A stretch of 63,083 bases of DNA, taken from the NCBI GenBank assembly GCA_041694835.1, contig JBGFRZ010000054.1:1-63083 (forward strand), given 5' to 3'. Every line of letters starts with the position of its first letter. Position 1 is the first letter of the stretch. Position numbers and translations under genes: made by a program. Of this stretch, positions 62,970 to 63,083 are shown one piece after another. This DNA is from Ignavibacteria bacterium. GTDB lineage: Bacteria > Elusimicrobiota > Endomicrobiia > PHAN01. The notes beneath the pieces were generated by a model that was not told where the DNA came from, ran no database searches, and worked only from the letters and a program-made list of their open reading frames with translations.

Positions 62970-63083
62970 TGAGATTGTTGAAAAACCCATCTTTTTCACT
63001 TAAAGAGCAGTTTCTTAACGGTTAAAAGTTTCAATCAGACCGCAAAACTCCTCGCTTTGCTCGTCGGACATTGCGGTCTAAAC

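Noticed and set aside
62970-63083. Possible small RNA or leader downstream of the second TTGCAT-N17-TATAAT motif (stem agaccgcaa...ttgcggtct).
   Set aside because: It is truncated by the window edge. There is only one stem and no second copy to compare, so the evidence is insufficient.

Overview
Low-GC bacterial window. The organism is a diderm (LptD-like and ExbD present) and probably uncultivated; I cannot name the lineage from sequence alone.

Gene order:
- A decayed HAD phosphatase.
- trpC-trpF-[inserted element]-trpB-trpA-accD-folC.
- A ROK glucokinase and an LptD-like protein.
- A ~36.5-kb surface-glycan locus (10.5-47.1 kb), entirely on the plus strand. It is a mosaic of three parts: (i) an rml/ugd/uxs/wzz module; (ii) a CDP-3,6-dideoxyhexose-like module whose 4,6-dehydratase is reduced to ~20 codons; (iii) a very AT-rich wzx/GT/wzy block with FnlA/FnlC-like, PglC/PglE/PglF-like, C-methyltransferase, DUF362-ferredoxin and ATP-grasp genes.
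- tRNA-Ser(CGA), smpB, tRNA-Leu(CAG).
- A receiver protein, exbD and a GltD-like oxidoreductase on the minus strand.
- A thrC-like gene followed by a MoaD-NIL fusion.
- comEC, nadK, dtd, sppA, a PLD-like protein and two M16 peptidases.

The most unusual content is non-coding. Outside ~24-47 kb almost every intergenic gap is filled with hairpin-forming repeats built from short reiterated 'words' (acgcaga, gcacaag, ccaaccctc, ggtaaag, cacagat and others).
- The same kind of sequence brackets two Avd-like four-helix-bundle genes, in the manner of rRNA intervening sequences.
- It sits in frame inside the rfbH-like gene.
- It supplies C-termini and stop codons to trpF, uxs and a wzz fragment.
- A separate three-copy ~278-bp element has a conserved core, a cUUCGg apex, and termini that differ between copies but stay self-complementary within each copy. 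I regard this as the best candidate for an undescribed structured RNA or hairpin-transposon system.

Other leads:
- A ThrC-like / MoaD-NIL pair, a possible protein-thiocarboxylate route to homocysteine.
- DUF362-ferredoxin plus a C-methyltransferase standing where FnlB should be.
- A 38-nt insertion with a 9-bp duplication that breaks rfbD.
- An 8-bp x4 tandem repeat inside an epimerase gene.
- A 208/230-bp inverted repeat pair 58 kb apart.

No CRISPR array, cas gene, reverse transcriptase, integrase or intact transposase was seen.

All calls come from reading the sequence and from memory of protein families. No searches were run, and repeat coordinates are good to a few nt.
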